Below, one piece after another: positions 61,990 to 64,000 of a stretch of DNA of 64,000 nt. This DNA comes from Somniosus microcephalus (taxonomy: Eukaryota). Position numbers and translations under genes: made by a program. Below the pieces are notes generated by a model. That model saw nothing but the letters and a program-made list of their open reading frames with translations, ran no database searches and was not told the origin of the DNA. The stretch is from positions 218,984,001 to 219,048,000 of the forward strand of contig CM126207.1 in NCBI GenBank assembly GCA_052327205.1, written 5' to 3'. The stretch's first letter is position 1. Each line of letters begins with the position of its first letter.

Positions 61990-64000
61990 GAGCAGGCTCT
62001 GGTTGGCTCTCCCGTGACCCTGCAGGCGTGGCTTCCTTCCTCGATGGCACAAGAGTGGATGGTGCCACCGTCTCGGGGTCGGACGATCAGTCCCTTCCGG
62101 ACCCCCCAGCAGGTCCTTGATCCTCTGTTTCTTGGGTTACCTGTGGCGACTGTCTTGGCAGTAACTGGTCTACATGCCGTCTCCATGTTCGGTCGTCTCC
62201 GGTGCGAACTCGGTATGAAACGGGGCCCGTCTTTTGAATGACCGTAGCCAGGACCCACCGCTCTGGGGTGGTGTAGTTACGTGCGAGAACTTTGCCCCCC
62301 ACCACAAAGTGTCGTTCTTTGGACCTCTGAGCTCGTCTGCTGACTTGATCCTGCTGATTGGCGTGCACCACTGCTTCTGTGGACGTTGGCCTCAGCAGGT
62401 CAAGGCGTGTCCGTAGCTGCCTTCCCATGAGTAGGTAAGCAGGAGATGCTCCAGTCGTAGCATGAGGCTTGTTTTGGTATTTCAGCAAGAAAGCATTCAG
62501 GCGCTGCTTTAGAGGAGCATCACTTCTTGCCGCTTTCAACGCACGTTTCAGCGTTCTGACAAATCTCTCATCATCCATCCACAAATGGATTGGCGAAGGC
62601 GCGGAGAACGTGTGCTGGATTCCTTTGCTCGAGGAACTCCTCCATCTCCTGGGATGTGAACTGTGTTCCATTGTCGATTACGATCTGCTCCGGCAGACCA
62701 AATCACCCGAACATCTCTCAGAGTCTCGATGGTTTTCTCCGTAGTGGTAGTGGACATTACTGCAACCTCCGGCCATTTGGAATGGGAGTCCACGCGACCA
62801 GGAACATCGCTCCTTCCACTGGTCCCGCGAAGTCCAGGTGGATCCGTTGTCACGGTGTCGCCGGCCATTCCCATGGATGCAGTGGCGCTGCTCTTGGCGT
62901 ATCCCTGGTTGTCTCGCATGATGGGCATGATTTCGCTTCAACTTCAGTTTCATGATCCAGACCAGGCCACCAAAAGTAGCTTCGTGCCAGCTCCTTCATC
63001 CAGACAATACCACAATGTCCTGAGTGCAGCTCGTTGAGGACATGTTTCCGCAGCTTTGGTGGTATGGTCACTCGCATGCCCCAAAGGAGGCATCCTGACG
63101 TGACAGACAACTCCTTCCCTCTCGACAGGTAAGGTAGGAGCTCAGGTGGTGCGTCTGACACCTGTGATCCGTCTCCCCGCATCACCCGATCCAGCACCTT
63201 GGATAGCGTAGGGTCCACTCTGGTCTCTTTCTTGACCTGCCGTGACAGGGCCATTGCTCACCATGTCAAAGTAGAAAATCTTCTGCTCACAGCCTTCAGA
63301 GGGCACAGGCAGCGGAAGTCTTGACAATCCGTCCGCATTGCCATGTGCTGCTGACCTCCGGTATTTGATGTTGTAATTGTGAGCGCTTAACATCAGCGCC
63401 CAGCGCTGCATCCTGCATGCTGCCAGGGAGGGTATTCCTGTGTGTGGACCAAAGATCGATGTCAGAGGACGATGATCCGTCAGCAAGGTGAATTTCCTTC
63501 CGAACAAGTAGTGATGGAACTTCGATTCCAAAGATGATGCCCAAAGCCTCTTTTTCGATCTGCGGGTATTTCACCTCCGCCTTGCTCAGGGACCTTGACG
63601 CGAATGCAATCAGCTTCTCTTCGCCTGAGGGAAACATGTGGGACACGACCGCGCCGACGCGTCACAGGCCAGCTGAATCTGCAATGACAGGTCAAAGTGC
63701 GTCAACACTCTGGGGTCAGTCAAAGCTGCTTTGGCTTTCTTGAATGCAGCTTCGCACTCCTTCGTCCACGCCCAGGCCTTGCCCTGACACAGCAACTCAT
63801 GTAATGGCTTCAACAGTGATGCCAGCTGTGGAATAAACTTTCCGTAATAGTTCAGGAGACCTAAGAATGACCGCAGCTGGCCGACATTTGTAGGTGCAGG
63901 AGCGTCGGCAATGGCTTTCACTTTCGACGGTGCTGTGTGTAGGCCGTCCGCATCGATGACATGGCCTAGGTACTCCACTGATGGCTTGAAAAATTCGCAT
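61990..64000 (-). pseudogene. Frameshifted Gypsy pol (RT C-terminus, RNase H, integrase), K02A2.6-like; runs off the window
   Basis: YLGHVID, LRSFLGLLNYY, LACDAS, AFASRSL..AE..Y.QIEKEAL, TDHRPL, ADGLSRLP, H-x3-H...C-x2-C, VDSHSKWPEV, GPVSY...WRRHVDQL spread over several frames; domain order RT-RH-INT. Confidence 0.93.

Overview
Vertebrate genomic DNA, very likely from a cartilaginous fish (shark-type repeats: HE1/V-SINE, Deu-domain SacSINE1-like SINE, CR1/HER1 and L2 LINE tails). The whole window lies inside a minus-strand CHD9 gene (chromodomain helicase DNA-binding protein 9). Fourteen consecutive coding exons (39930 down to 4792) were traced with GT-AG boundaries and consistent phases, covering the basic N-terminal linker, both chromodomains, the SNF2 ATPase lobe and the start of the helicase-C lobe. 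The large first coding exon and the downstream exons fall outside the window. The introns are full of transposable elements: Tc1/mariner- and PIF/Harbinger-type MITEs, a non-autonomous Helitron, a solo LTR, and a frameshifted Gypsy element with a non-autonomous tRNA-Trp-primed LTR element nested beside its PPT. Most notable observations: (1) a candidate alternative first exon (42288-42259, MASVRRSRGR) that would splice in frame to the PPSS.. exon and create an AT-hook (RRSRGRP) at the junction of a short CHD9 isoform; (2) five copies of a short retroelement with 12-15 bp target-site duplications, several with all or part of a minimal hammerhead-ribozyme core, one intact in the CHD9 sense orientation; (3) three inverted TE pairs bracketing the same three ATPase exons (circRNA-type geometry); (4) a triplicated LTR-end/PBS junction in the nested LTR element. 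All calls were made by eye, with no database searches.
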